From NCBI GenBank assembly GCA_000002445.1, contig CP000069.1:1024001-1088000 (forward strand): DNA of 64,000 bases. The letters run 5' to 3'. Source of the stretch: Trypanosoma brucei (taxonomy: Eukaryota). The position numbers and the translations under genes are program-made. Under the pieces are notes generated by a model that did no database searches, was not told the origin of the DNA, and worked only from the letters and a program-made list of their open reading frames with translations. Positions 44,311 to 53,969 of this stretch are shown piece after piece; position 1 is the first letter of the stretch; the number at the start of each line of letters is the position of its first letter.

Positions 44311-47052
44311 CTACGTTTCTTCCTTTTCGTCCAAGTTGTGTGGTGTAAGTAACTTTAAAATCAACTGCAAATCAAACTCCCTCAGCAACCCAAAGTGGGG
44401 AGAACGCACATACCAACTCAGAGCAAGAGGAAGTTCACCGGCATATTTGCCGCGACTTGTTAGACTCTTCGGCAGAACGCCAAGTAATGCCCGAGCGGCC
44501 TCATAAGAACCGTTAATTCGCGTGCGGTTCTTCTCCACAAAGTCATTTAATGTCATTACAGCATCCACTTTGGTCAAACTACGCCGCGGCGCCTGCCAGC
44601 ACGGAATTCCTTCCTTTTGCAAAAGAAACTCAGACGATAAGTTGCGTCTCGGATCCCATTCAAGTCCTGCCCGCACACTATCATGCGTTGGGCACCGCAA
44701 CACGGCAAATGTCAATTCGAGAGATTTGACGAGAGACTCAAGGCGGTTGTTATACAGCGACCATAGGCGCGTTGCTAGCTCTTGCCGAGCAGTGGGTGAA
44801 GAAACCTCAACGAAGCGATCCCCAACTGTTATGACATAACCTGTCGGCAGTTTCTGCAGTGACACGAATCCCGAGGCGGAGAGGTCATCAAGCCTAAAAT
44901 TAAAATCATTGAGAGACATATTCAACGCATTCGCTGCATTCACAACGCTCTCCATTCGCTTGTTGTTTCGACACGTCTCGAAAACACCATCTAACGCCTC
45001 GAGCTGAGCCAATGCGCTGCCAACACCCGATTGAACGTCCCGATCCCGCTTGCGCTTTCCACTTGTTGTTGTGTTGATTTCAGTAGACCAACGGATGACA
45101 CGATAACCAGTTGGTGACGTTCCATGGCATGCGGTCAAGACTCCACTTTCCAGTGTAAGCATCATGAAAAGAACAGTTTCCACCGTCTCTTCGCTCATCA
45201 TTAGCTCTTCCGAAATCTTTGACACAGACACCACGATAAGTTTGTCTCCAAACCTAGTAACGGGGCTGGAGAGAATGTGAGTCACAACCGACAGCATCTC
45301 CGTGGGGGACACCAGGGAGGAAAGCAGGCGAGAGCGCAGTGCATAAAAGTCGTATGGGTTGTACAAAAGTCTGCAAATGGATAATTTGCCATCACGTCCA
45401 GCGCGACCAGTTTCTTGGACGTAGCTTTCTATTGAGCTTGGCACCGACGCGTGAACCACAGAACGAATATTTGGCTTATCAATGCCCATTCCAAACGCAA
45501 CAGTCGCAATCAGTACGTCAATCCGATCATGCATAAACTGATTTTGGCACTTTGTTCGGGCATGCCGTTCGAGTGCTGCATGATAACTTTGGATTACGAG
45601 GGGTCTCCCTTCAACACCAGAAGTGATATTTTCCACCGTTCCGTTTTGTATCTTTTCATGAGTGGCGCTGGTAAACAATAAAGAACGTGTTTTATCCCCC
45701 TTTTTCCTCGCTTTTCCATTTTGTGCAGCCCCCAGCTTGGACGAGAGAAATTTAGCCAGTTCATCGGCGTCGGCCCGAGTTTGTACGTACACAAGCATCG
45801 GTTTTGGAAGCTCGAGCACTGTCTGCAACAGCTTCTCCCGCAAATCACTGTGAGTGGGAGGAGAGTCCTTCGTTACGTTTTCACTCAGGAGAGAAACTGC
45901 CTCCAATTGGAGGTTTGCTCGCTGATAGGGTACAACGACTGTTCGCCTAATATTGAATGTCGACTGCAAATCATCGATTACTGATGGCGTTGCCGTTGCT
46001 GTGAGACAAAGAAATGGGGGAGAAAAATCTCCTCCCAAGACTATATCTTCAAGCACACGATGAACGTACAGGAAGGATGGTCGAAAATCATACGCCCATT
46101 GGGAAACACAATGGGCCTCATCAATGCATATGAATGCGATACGGTGAACTTGACCCTTCAGTACTTGCCGAAGCTCACGGTGACGTACAATCTTTTCAGG
46201 TGATAGAAAAACCAAGTCAATATTACACACTGGGGAAGACAAACTTTCCAAGAGATCTTTATCACGTGCACCCGAGGTAGCTGAGGAAAGAATAACTGCC
46301 TTCAAGGAGCCATCCTTCGTAATCCTTTCAACCTGATCGGCCATTAACGACAGCAAGGGAGAAACGACCACACCAAATCGGGAGCACGGCGCCGTATATT
46401 CCGGTAACGATACATTTTCTAATTGCTTCTGTTTCCACAACATGAGCTTCTGCTGAAAGAGCAGTCTGTGAACAAGAATTGGCACCTGAAAGCAGAGCGT
46501 CTTTCCCCAGCCAGTGGGAAAGACAGCAAGAGTGCTTTCCCCTTGCAAAATGGCAAGCACAGCCTCTTGTTGTCCTTCACGGAACTCGCCCGAGGACACA
46601 CCCAAGTGGCTCTGTAACAAGTAGCTGCAAATGGGTATTGTCGAAGTGTTGGAACGTGGAGTTTCCTTGAACAGTCTTTCTAAAGTAACCTGCAAAATGC
46701 TCTTGTCGTCCTCGTCAACACCCTTTCGAATACAATTCATGGGGAAAGCCGCATTGGCAGGTAGTCCAACTGGGTTCTCATCTTGTGGCACTGAATGAGC
46801 GACATGACAAACTGTGAGTCCATTGCTGTTATTTCTATGGTCTGAAGGAGGAGTGTTGCAGAAAGTTGATGCTCGACGTGGCGCCAAAAACGGAACACGC
46901 ATCAAATACTCCTCTTCCTCCTTCTCTTCCTCTGTATTATTCTTTTCATCGTGTACGAGCTCCACATTAACAGGGGTTAAGGCTTCCCCTTCAGAAGGTG
47001 TGTTGTCGCTAGCTACATCGTCGAAAAGAATCTCTTCATAACTATTTTGCAT
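44311..47052 (-). CDS. RecQ-family ATP-dependent DNA helicase
   Basis: The ORF-track start at 47097 is TTG. The first ATG is at 47050-47052 (MQNSYEEILFDD...). Helicase motif I is FPTGWGKTLCFQVP. Motif II plus the RecQ signature is DEAHCVSQWAYDFRP. Motif III is CLTATATPSV, and motif VI is QETGRAGRDGK. An acidic low-complexity N-terminal region is present. Confidence 0.9.
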   Translation of the reverse strand: MQNSYEEILFDDVASDNTPSEGEALTPVNVELVHDEKNNTEEEKEEEEYLMRVPFLAPRRASTFCNTPPSDHRNNSNGLTVCHVAHSVPQDENPVGLPANAAFPMNCIRKGVDEDDKSILQVTLERLFKETPRSNTSTIPICSYLLQSHLGVSSGEFREGQQEAVLAILQGESTLAVFPTGWGKTLCFQVPILVHRLLFQQKLMLWKQKQLENVSLPEYTAPCSRFGVVVSPLLSLMADQVERITKDGSLKAVILSSATSGARDKDLLESLSSPVCNIDLVFLSPEKIVRHRELRQVLKGQVHRIAFICIDEAHCVSQWAYDFRPSFLYVHRVLEDIVLGGDFSPPFLCLTATATPSVIDDLQSTFNIRRTVVVPYQRANLQLEAVSLLSENVTKDSPPTHSDLREKLLQTVLELPKPMLVYVQTRADADELAKFLSSKLGAAQNGKARKKGDKTRSLLFTSATHEKIQNGTVENITSGVEGRPLVIQSYHAALERHARTKCQNQFMHDRIDVLIATVAFGMGIDKPNIRSVVHASVPSSIESYVQETGRAGRDGKLSICRLLYNPYDFYALRSRLLSSLVSPTEMLSVVTHILSSPVTRFGDKLIVVSVSKISEELMMSEETVETVLFMMLTLESGVLTACHGTSPTGYRVIRWSTEINTTTSGKRKRDRDVQSGVGSALAQLEALDGVFETCRNNKRMESVVNAANALNMSLNDFNFRLDDLSASGFVSLQKLPTGYVITVGDRFVEVSSPTARQELATRLWSLYNNRLESLVKSLELTFAVLRCPTHDSVRAGLEWDPRRNLSSEFLLQKEGIPCWQAPRRSLTKVDAVMTLNDFVEKNRTRINGSYEAARALLGVLPKSLTSRGKYAGELPLALSWYVRSPHFGLLREFDLQLILKLLTPHNLDEKEET

Positions 47053-47097
47053 CTTATGTGTGCCTGCCCTCCAAAGGCTGCTTCCCAGTGCAGGCAA

Positions 47098-47250
47098 CGG
47101 AGGTGATGGGCAACAAAGCCGCTAAAGTGGTGGTAAAAAGGAGAGTGAAATGAATATATATATGCAAGTATATATCACCCGAAACAACCAGAAAGTGCTA
47201 TATTTTACAGAAAAACTAACGTTAACGCAACCTCAAGAAAAATTTTACGT
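47098..47250 (-). promoter_or_regulatory. polypyrimidine tract / trans-splice signal upstream of RecQ helicase, within a 273-bp intergenic spacer
   Basis: The plus strand is A/G-rich (ggtggtaaaaaggagagtgaaatg...cagaaaaactaacg), which is pyrimidine-rich on the sense strand. A short T-run on the plus strand (47251-47280) then abuts the upstream gene's stop, marking a compact polyadenylation and trans-splicing coupling region. Confidence 0.4.
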
Positions 47251-47324
47251 TTTTGTTTTTTTTCGTTCTGATTAGCATATATCCAAAAGGCATATTTGCT
47301 CCACCCGGTAATACACTTACAGCG

Positions 47325-50300
47325 CTAAATGATCTCATCGCAAAATTGGACGACACTGGCATCGGCATCTGAGTCTGTTTCATACAGGTCCCTCTTGTTG
47401 TTCACTTCATCCGAATCATTCTCAGCATCACAACACTCACCATTTCCCTGACTTTCCATATTCCTCCGTGCAACCATTGCTCCAGCCTCACAGCGTCTAC
47501 GTTCCAGTTGTAAAACAAGTTTTGCATTGGGATCATGGAAGGGGACGTGATACCGGAACCCTAATGGAGTGAGCGTGCAACTACCGTCACGGATCACACA
47601 AAGACCCCGTTCCTGGCAGGCGAGAAGGGCATCGTAGACACTGGTAAATGAAGTTCTAGCTAATGTATCCTGTGGGAGTACACGCATGGCGGTGCGAACC
47701 TCAACCATAGGCAACGGGTTAGGGAAAACTTCGTTTCGTTTTAGTGAGTAATCGAAAAGATTCAGAATGGGGGTAACCCGCTTGTGGAAAGAAGCACCAT
47801 TACTGAGTGCAGTATCAGCCGTCGCAACCTGCGTCAAAGAACTTTGTTTTTTTGCTTTATTATCGACATCATCCGTGTTTTCAACATCCTCAGCTGTTGA
47901 TTTGACAAGTTGCATCACACTCTCCCAAAACGTCGGCTTTTCATTTCCAAATGTTGCATGTTCAGCATCCTCCACACTTTCACAACTTGGCACTCTCTCG
48001 ACATTCGCACTTTTAGCGCCGATGGTACAGCCCACACCATCGGTGGGATGTATATCTCCTGGTACCTCACGGTTACCCGTTACGACATACTCCAACAACG
48101 CGTCCTGTGTCATGGTGGAAATATAATGGCGAAGTGTGTTCATTATGGTCATTACTCGCGCAGAACTGAGTTGAAGAGACTCAAGAAATGACGACATTCG
48201 AGATATGGCACCAAAATGGATCCTATACAGCCGTAAACGCTCCTTTTGTTCAACTTCTTTGGCATTTTTGGTTTTTACATTCATTTCGGTAAGAGTCATG
48301 AGAGCCTTTTGCATATTTTCTTGCGCTAGCAATCTCTCCCGAGTATGCCTTTCCTCCCTTTCCCGAAGCCGCCCCTCTCTGATATTTTGTATAAAGGCGT
48401 GCTCCCTCTCCCGTGATTCGTTACGTAATCTTAAGTTTTCCTCAAACTCCGCTGCCTTTTTGAGAATTTCCTCTGTTCTCTGTACAGACGCAAACACCTG
48501 CACTCTCATTGCCTCTTCCTCACGTCTTTGCTGCTCCTCACGCCCCCGGCACCGTAACTCCATGGAACTCAATAAGCAACGCTGCATGTTTAAAAAAGCA
48601 CTAAGTAACAGTTGATCATTCAATTCTCCCTCATCGATCGCCCTTTCGACAGCTGAAGCCAGCAGCGACGCGGCCAATTCATCTTCAGAGACAGCACAAA
48701 CCAGCTCCATCATTTGTTCCTGACCAATAAAACTAAGAACAAGTCCAATTGATTGCGTAGGTGACGGGAAACCATTCACTACATAAAAATTTTCTAGCAG
48801 GGGTACACCGCCAAGCCAAACATTAAGAAGTGATTTGTAGACGCCTAGCGAAAACTGTTGCGAGGTGTAGCTCTCCGGAAGGCGCAGCGCCAGAAGTCCA
48901 CAGCACTGAAGCTTGTGAGTAACTTGCACTGCCGCTATCAGCGCCGTGTTACTTTTGTGCCCTAATTTAGCGGTAACACTAGCTCCGTCGCGATTTTCAA
49001 CACTCCCTTCACAAGGCACCCAGATGTATAAGGTTGACAAAAGTGCATGAAGAAAACACTCCCAAGTTGCAGTGGGGGGTCGTGCTCGTCCATCAAAACT
49101 GTTTTTTACGGCAAGAAGCAAACTTGCAATCGACTCAATTGCTTTTTTAATCATTTCGTACATAGACCCATTAGAGGATGGTGACAGCCATATAACGAGA
49201 CAGAGGGCTTCCAAAATGAAGCCGCAGCGACAACATATGTCATCTTCTGCTCGCTCACAGTTTTGCTGATGGGATTGGCTCGTTTTGCCCTTCTCACTCC
49301 TTTTCTTCCCTCCAGAGGCACTCGGCTGTGCGCAGCTTATTGCTGCGGCAGGTGTTTGCTGTGAATCAATCAGCGTCAATAGTTTCTCCAGTAGTGCCAT
49401 TGCATGTGTGGGCGACAGAATACCCGACTCAACTAAGTTTAACTCCCGAACAACGTCAATCTTATGTCTAAGCCGTATACACTGTGAAAGAATGGATAAA
49501 GGTTTCACAAACCGATCAGTTTTTTCCGCAGTCGATGGAACTATGAGCGATGCGTTCACGACAGCACACCACAATCGTGCCTCCAACTCAATAGAGCAAG
49601 CAGATAATGCATCTTCTCTCCACTTAGCTAGTACTCTGTACAAGAAAACATACACCAAAACGCTACCAAACGCATCTTCATTTCTTACAACACGATTCAC
49701 GCAGTATCGTAGAAGGCGTTCGAGGCGCTCAGCTGCCCATGTTGTCAATGGATTCTCCAAGAACACCAATTCCGTCAAGAGGGACATTTTCTCACCATGT
49801 GTTTGTACAATGTCGATGAACACGTCCAACACTGGTACATCCAAACAAGGTATGAGTGCCATGGGGTGCAATGAGGGAATCAAGTGATCGCCGTACACAC
49901 CAAGGATTCGCGATGCCAACTCAGCATCACTTCCAACGACATGTTGGAACTTCTCGACACCATTCATCAATGATAAAAGCAGTTTTACACAATCTTGTGG
50001 AAGGACCACATCAAGTGCGGCGCGGATCATGACTTTAGGGACGAGAAAAGAAGACGTCTCGCGCTCGCCGTTCCCACTGCCCTGTGGTACTTCTTTTTTT
50101 GGTGTCCCCTTCACCTTCTCTGTGCGATTTCTTCGACCCTTTGTCTTTTCATTCCCAGTTTTGCACGCTGTCTGTGGTAAACTGAAGAAAAAGCACATCG
50201 AGTCCACATCCAGTGCTCCCGTCAGAGCGAACAACTTCAAAGTCAACGGCGAGTTTGGAAGAACCTCCTTTGCATCCTTTAATGTGGAATGAAGCGGATA

Positions 50301-50660
50301 CGATGACAATCCGTGCACATAGCAAAGCCCCTCGAGCAACAGTTCCATCAACTGGGGACACGGTTGCCTTCCCTCTGAGCCACTCCTTAGCGACGCACAA
50401 AGAACGGGGAATATCATGTTGATCTCCTCACATTTATCAAGCGCAGACACACGACCTCTACGTTGAAGATGGTTCAGTAAACTAATTAAATTTTGCGCCA
50501 TTGAGCGGCAACAGGGCGACGATGGGTTGGGAAAAGGTGGACGCCCAAGTGCATCATCCAGCTGCCGAACTGCCAAACACGCGTGTGTTTTAACCTCGTC
50601 CACCGTCAACCTGTCGAGTTCATCCGCATTGAAAACTTGCTGTGATGTCGCAAAATTCAT
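47325..50660 (-). CDS. conserved-looking hypothetical protein (1111 aa) with central E/R-rich coiled coil; no recognisable domain
   Basis: Long ORF on the same strand as its neighbours with coding-like composition; ATG at 50658-50660 checked. A coiled-coil block runs about aa 690-790 (RGREEQQRREEEAMRVQ...EREERHTRERLL). I could recognise no catalytic motif. Confidence 0.7.
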   Translation of the reverse strand: MNFATSQQVFNADELDRLTVDEVKTHACLAVRQLDDALGRPPFPNPSSPCCRSMAQNLISLLNHLQRRGRVSALDKCEEINMIFPVLCASLRSGSEGRQPCPQLMELLLEGLCYVHGLSSYPLHSTLKDAKEVLPNSPLTLKLFALTGALDVDSMCFFFSLPQTACKTGNEKTKGRRNRTEKVKGTPKKEVPQGSGNGERETSSFLVPKVMIRAALDVVLPQDCVKLLLSLMNGVEKFQHVVGSDAELASRILGVYGDHLIPSLHPMALIPCLDVPVLDVFIDIVQTHGEKMSLLTELVFLENPLTTWAAERLERLLRYCVNRVVRNEDAFGSVLVYVFLYRVLAKWREDALSACSIELEARLWCAVVNASLIVPSTAEKTDRFVKPLSILSQCIRLRHKIDVVRELNLVESGILSPTHAMALLEKLLTLIDSQQTPAAAISCAQPSASGGKKRSEKGKTSQSHQQNCERAEDDICCRCGFILEALCLVIWLSPSSNGSMYEMIKKAIESIASLLLAVKNSFDGRARPPTATWECFLHALLSTLYIWVPCEGSVENRDGASVTAKLGHKSNTALIAAVQVTHKLQCCGLLALRLPESYTSQQFSLGVYKSLLNVWLGGVPLLENFYVVNGFPSPTQSIGLVLSFIGQEQMMELVCAVSEDELAASLLASAVERAIDEGELNDQLLLSAFLNMQRCLLSSMELRCRGREEQQRREEEAMRVQVFASVQRTEEILKKAAEFEENLRLRNESREREHAFIQNIREGRLREREERHTRERLLAQENMQKALMTLTEMNVKTKNAKEVEQKERLRLYRIHFGAISRMSSFLESLQLSSARVMTIMNTLRHYISTMTQDALLEYVVTGNREVPGDIHPTDGVGCTIGAKSANVERVPSCESVEDAEHATFGNEKPTFWESVMQLVKSTAEDVENTDDVDNKAKKQSSLTQVATADTALSNGASFHKRVTPILNLFDYSLKRNEVFPNPLPMVEVRTAMRVLPQDTLARTSFTSVYDALLACQERGLCVIRDGSCTLTPLGFRYHVPFHDPNAKLVLQLERRRCEAGAMVARRNMESQGNGECCDAENDSDEVNNKRDLYETDSDADASVVQFCDEII

Positions 50661-50690
50661 CCCACAGTTACACGACCATACGTCCTACAC

Positions 50691-50693
<3 letters not shown>

Positions 50694-50731
<38 letters not shown>
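50694..50731. repeat. (TA)19 dinucleotide microsatellite
   Basis: Direct reading. It sits 34 bp 5' of the ATG of the 1111-aa hypothetical gene. Confidence 0.95.
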
Positions 50732-50732
<1 letters not shown>

Positions 50733-51114
50733 CTTATATCAAAAGGGTAAAGATTAGTTTCTCACACATGAGTTTGTTAGCGCAGAAACTGCCAGATGGT
50801 AAAAAGGAAGGGGACAGAAATCTGTCCCACCGCTTCAACGGAGGGATGTAGAAAAGCTGAAAGTTACTGATACACACTTCCTCAAAAGCTCGTCGGTGAG
50901 GCAGAGAAATAATGTTTTCACGAAGAAACTTAACACGTTGAGTAAAAAAAAAATGTGATGAAAAGTGTTGATAGAGGTAGAAAGGGTGAAAAAAAGACGA
51001 GGAAGTAATGCCTTATTTATCCCACAGTAAGCTCACTTTCTCTCCCTTCTTTTAAAAAAAAGAAAATAAGTGAGAAGTGTCGAAAGGTTATAGGGAAGCG
51101 GAGTGAAAGTGTTC

Positions 51115-52434
51115 CTACGATGCTAGTTCTAGCAAGAAAGCGTAAGAGTAGCAGCCAGCCTCCACTGCTGGTAGCGTTGGGTAATCAATGGATGGCCCAA
51201 AGAAGCGAAGGAGTCGCGCTCTTAAACCATGCTCAGCGGTTACTCTGTTAAAAACGTTGAACATTTCACTCCGTGTGGCACGAACAACAGAAGCCGCCAC
51301 ACCACCTCCGGATGCCACATAATCATGCATTCCAAGCAATGCCACTTCCTGCGCTACGACTACAATAGAACCTTTGCCACAAACACCTCGAAACAACATG
51401 ACCTTCAACAAATTTTGCCACTGCTCAGGTGAAGACAGTGTGTCGAAACGGTGCTCCAGAAAAACAACATCCTGCTGACGCATGCTTAGTTCTTCGATAG
51501 GTGAATTTGTCGTTTCACAAGTGTTGAAAACAGCACTTGCATGGTTTGCTACCAGGTTTTCACGCACTCGGTTAAGGAGTGACTCATCTGATTCCGCGAA
51601 AACAACACTTTTCGCCGTCATTACTGCTTGAAGTGCAGCAGCTCCACCACGATCGTTAACACACAAAACGCGCTTACCATGGCATAAATCCCTAAGTACG
51701 GCACGTATTCGACGATGGGCTGTGTTGATAAGCCAACGATTACTTGATGTGGTGGGATATTCATCTCTTGGCAACCACATGTTACTCGCGCCATTTTCCA
51801 TGTATGTTTCGGGTAGAGTTATGGTTGGAGTAATAAGAGTTAGCTTTTCGTGATCCTTTAGGTGTGGAGTATCCAATAGTACCTCTTCGACTCCGTGCTG
51901 CCGCAGCAATTCGGTTACCGCAGGAACAATCCGTTCTGCACCCGCAGATGTTGCAACCACTCGCGCAAAGCTGGAAGAAAAGAGATCAACGTAAAGAGAG
52001 GGAACACCATCTGCATAACCATTCACGACGCGGTAGGCATTGGTGCTGCCGGTCCTTACATGACGGAAAACAGATTGTCGTCGCCCCCACGCCTCTTTAA
52101 CGCGATTAACGAAAAAATCCTCACTAATCCTTGGTAGGTCCGTCACTACTTTAGGTGTATGGTGAAAAATATCAACACGCAGCAGCGCTGGTTCATAAAA
52201 TGCCAGCGCTAGCAGCTTCCGGTGATCCGCATCTCTTAACTCCACAACACTTCCTGGTTCTATCTCACGTCGAGCAAAGTCAAGACTATGAGAATCGAAG
52301 GAGCTCAGCGGAATGGAAAGTTGTCGGCCACACGTGACTCGTCGCTGCTGTCCCACACGTAGTTGCAGTTGCGGAAACTTTTCTGCTGGTGTGAGTCTGT
52401 GGGTAAGCAATGGTGTAAACACCTTGGACCACAT
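51115..52434 (-). CDS. class I SAM-dependent methyltransferase, RlmI/PUA-like
   Basis: The ORF-track start at 52497 is TTG. The first ATG is at 52432-52434 (MWSKVFTPLL...). The N-terminal region is PUA-like. The segment VVNGYADGVPSLYVDLFSSSFARVV resembles the RlmI motif (E/D)GLPGL(V/I)VD(R/Y)YGD. Rossmann motif I-like is VLCVNDRGGAAALQAV, followed by the acidic strand-2 end VVFAESD. Confidence 0.5.
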   Translation of the reverse strand: MWSKVFTPLLTHRLTPAEKFPQLQLRVGQQRRVTCGRQLSIPLSSFDSHSLDFARREIEPGSVVELRDADHRKLLALAFYEPALLRVDIFHHTPKVVTDLPRISEDFFVNRVKEAWGRRQSVFRHVRTGSTNAYRVVNGYADGVPSLYVDLFSSSFARVVATSAGAERIVPAVTELLRQHGVEEVLLDTPHLKDHEKLTLITPTITLPETYMENGASNMWLPRDEYPTTSSNRWLINTAHRRIRAVLRDLCHGKRVLCVNDRGGAAALQAVMTAKSVVFAESDESLLNRVRENLVANHASAVFNTCETTNSPIEELSMRQQDVVFLEHRFDTLSSPEQWQNLLKVMLFRGVCGKGSIVVVAQEVALLGMHDYVASGGGVAASVVRATRSEMFNVFNRVTAEHGLRARLLRFFGPSIDYPTLPAVEAGCYSYAFLLELAS

Positions 52435-52931
52435 GGCAGCTGGAAGTTGTGTCCTCCTCCTATGTGTTAATGTTTCTTCCCTTATACTACCGCACAATAT
52501 TTTTCCTTTATTGCACGGCTATATTCATCCGTTCATTCATTGTTCGTCCGATTAATTCACAAATGGCGGTCCCGGACACAAGAAAGATCAAAATATGTGG
52601 AGAAAAAAGAGGGGGACAGCAAGGATGTGACCATAAAAAGCAAGTTTGAAAAAGAAAATGACGTGCACACCGCAGAGTCCAATGATCAGTACACCTACAG
52701 GTACACCAAAAAAAAAAGTATAAGGAATAAAGGGATAATGATGAAAAAATAGAGAACTGTGTTGGAGCACTGACCGGAAAAACCGACCGTCCCCAATTAA
52801 TGGCAAGAAATTGGTTTTTTTTGTCGCATAAGTACACGCAGGACAACTGCATCCACTAGTACACCGCCGCTTCACACATGTAGTGTCAAGCATCACTGCA
52901 CGCGGGAAAATGAAGAGAAAATCATTCGATA

Positions 52932-53969
52932 TCATTCGAAGTGGTCGTGCTCACCTCCTGCAACTTCACGAGAAAACAAATAACGCGATTCCCACATATA
53001 ATCCTCATCCTCTTCTTCATCGGTGAGTTCATTGGCATTTGTGAAAGAATTACGGTGGCTACGAGGAAACATTCTCTTGCCTTTGTGTTCTCCATAGTCA
53101 AGTGTGAGTTCCTCGCCCACATTAATATCCCTTGCAGCCCGTACAACAACTGTAGCAGTTGGAAGCGACACACAAGCAGCACATGCAGGTGATGAGGCAC
53201 TGTGATTTAACATGTCAACAATTGGTACGATGGCTGACGTTACCGTATCTGTCCTAACGTCATCCGTCCGTATCACCTTCAATTTAAGCACACGAGCACG
53301 CACAACGTAGATGGAAGTAAGAATGGCACTGTCCAATTCGGACGGATGGGCATCGTAAAATCTGTACTCCTCCTGAGGGGCATGTAATAATATGCAATCT
53401 CGCAGATTCCACGCGATCTGCTCGATGGTGGAGTGCACATTTGACCCACACCCACCTTCCGAAAAGTATGGTGCCTCCAAACCATAAGAAAGATACTCAG
53501 TTAAAGGAAGGGAGCTTACGTATAAATCCGCCTTGCGATCTTTTACAGGTCCTAAAGAAGGATTTCCAATACCGACACGAGTTTTGAGTTTCATGACGCT
53601 CTGCCAAAAGTACCGAAGCGCAATGGACACGGCAAGCGACGCCTCCACGGGGGAGAGTGTTAGGGTTACAACTTCATTTTCGTCTGTTGACACGGACGCG
53701 GTAAGTGAAACGCGGTCTTGAGGAAAATCGGGCGACAGTCGCCACAGCCACATCGTTGCCTCGGGGAAAAGTGTGGACCGGTTCCAGCGGCGTAAAGTGC
53801 GAGGGACACGAGACGCATGAGGGAAATAACAGTTACGAGAGGGAACAGAGAGCAACAAATCCCCTTTTCGAAAACAACGGCGCGCGAATAATCCACGGAC
53901 GCTATCATGTCCCCGTCTCGCTTGTAACATAGGTGCCGCACGAGCCCCCAACATGTGAAGCAGCGTCAT
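52932..53969 (-). CDS. SET-domain protein (putative protein lysine methyltransferase)
   Basis: 345-aa ORF; ATG at 53967-53969 checked. SET N-region is CFRKGDLLLSVP. An NHS-type motif occurs in MLNHSASSPACAACVS. The C-terminal motif is ELTLDYG. It has an acidic tail. Confidence 0.75.
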   Translation of the reverse strand: MTLLHMLGARAAPMLQARRGHDSVRGLFARRCFRKGDLLLSVPSRNCYFPHASRVPRTLRRWNRSTLFPEATMWLWRLSPDFPQDRVSLTASVSTDENEVVTLTLSPVEASLAVSIALRYFWQSVMKLKTRVGIGNPSLGPVKDRKADLYVSSLPLTEYLSYGLEAPYFSEGGCGSNVHSTIEQIAWNLRDCILLHAPQEEYRFYDAHPSELDSAILTSIYVVRARVLKLKVIRTDDVRTDTVTSAIVPIVDMLNHSASSPACAACVSLPTATVVVRAARDINVGEELTLDYGEHKGKRMFPRSHRNSFTNANELTDEEEDEDYMWESRYLFSREVAGGEHDHFE

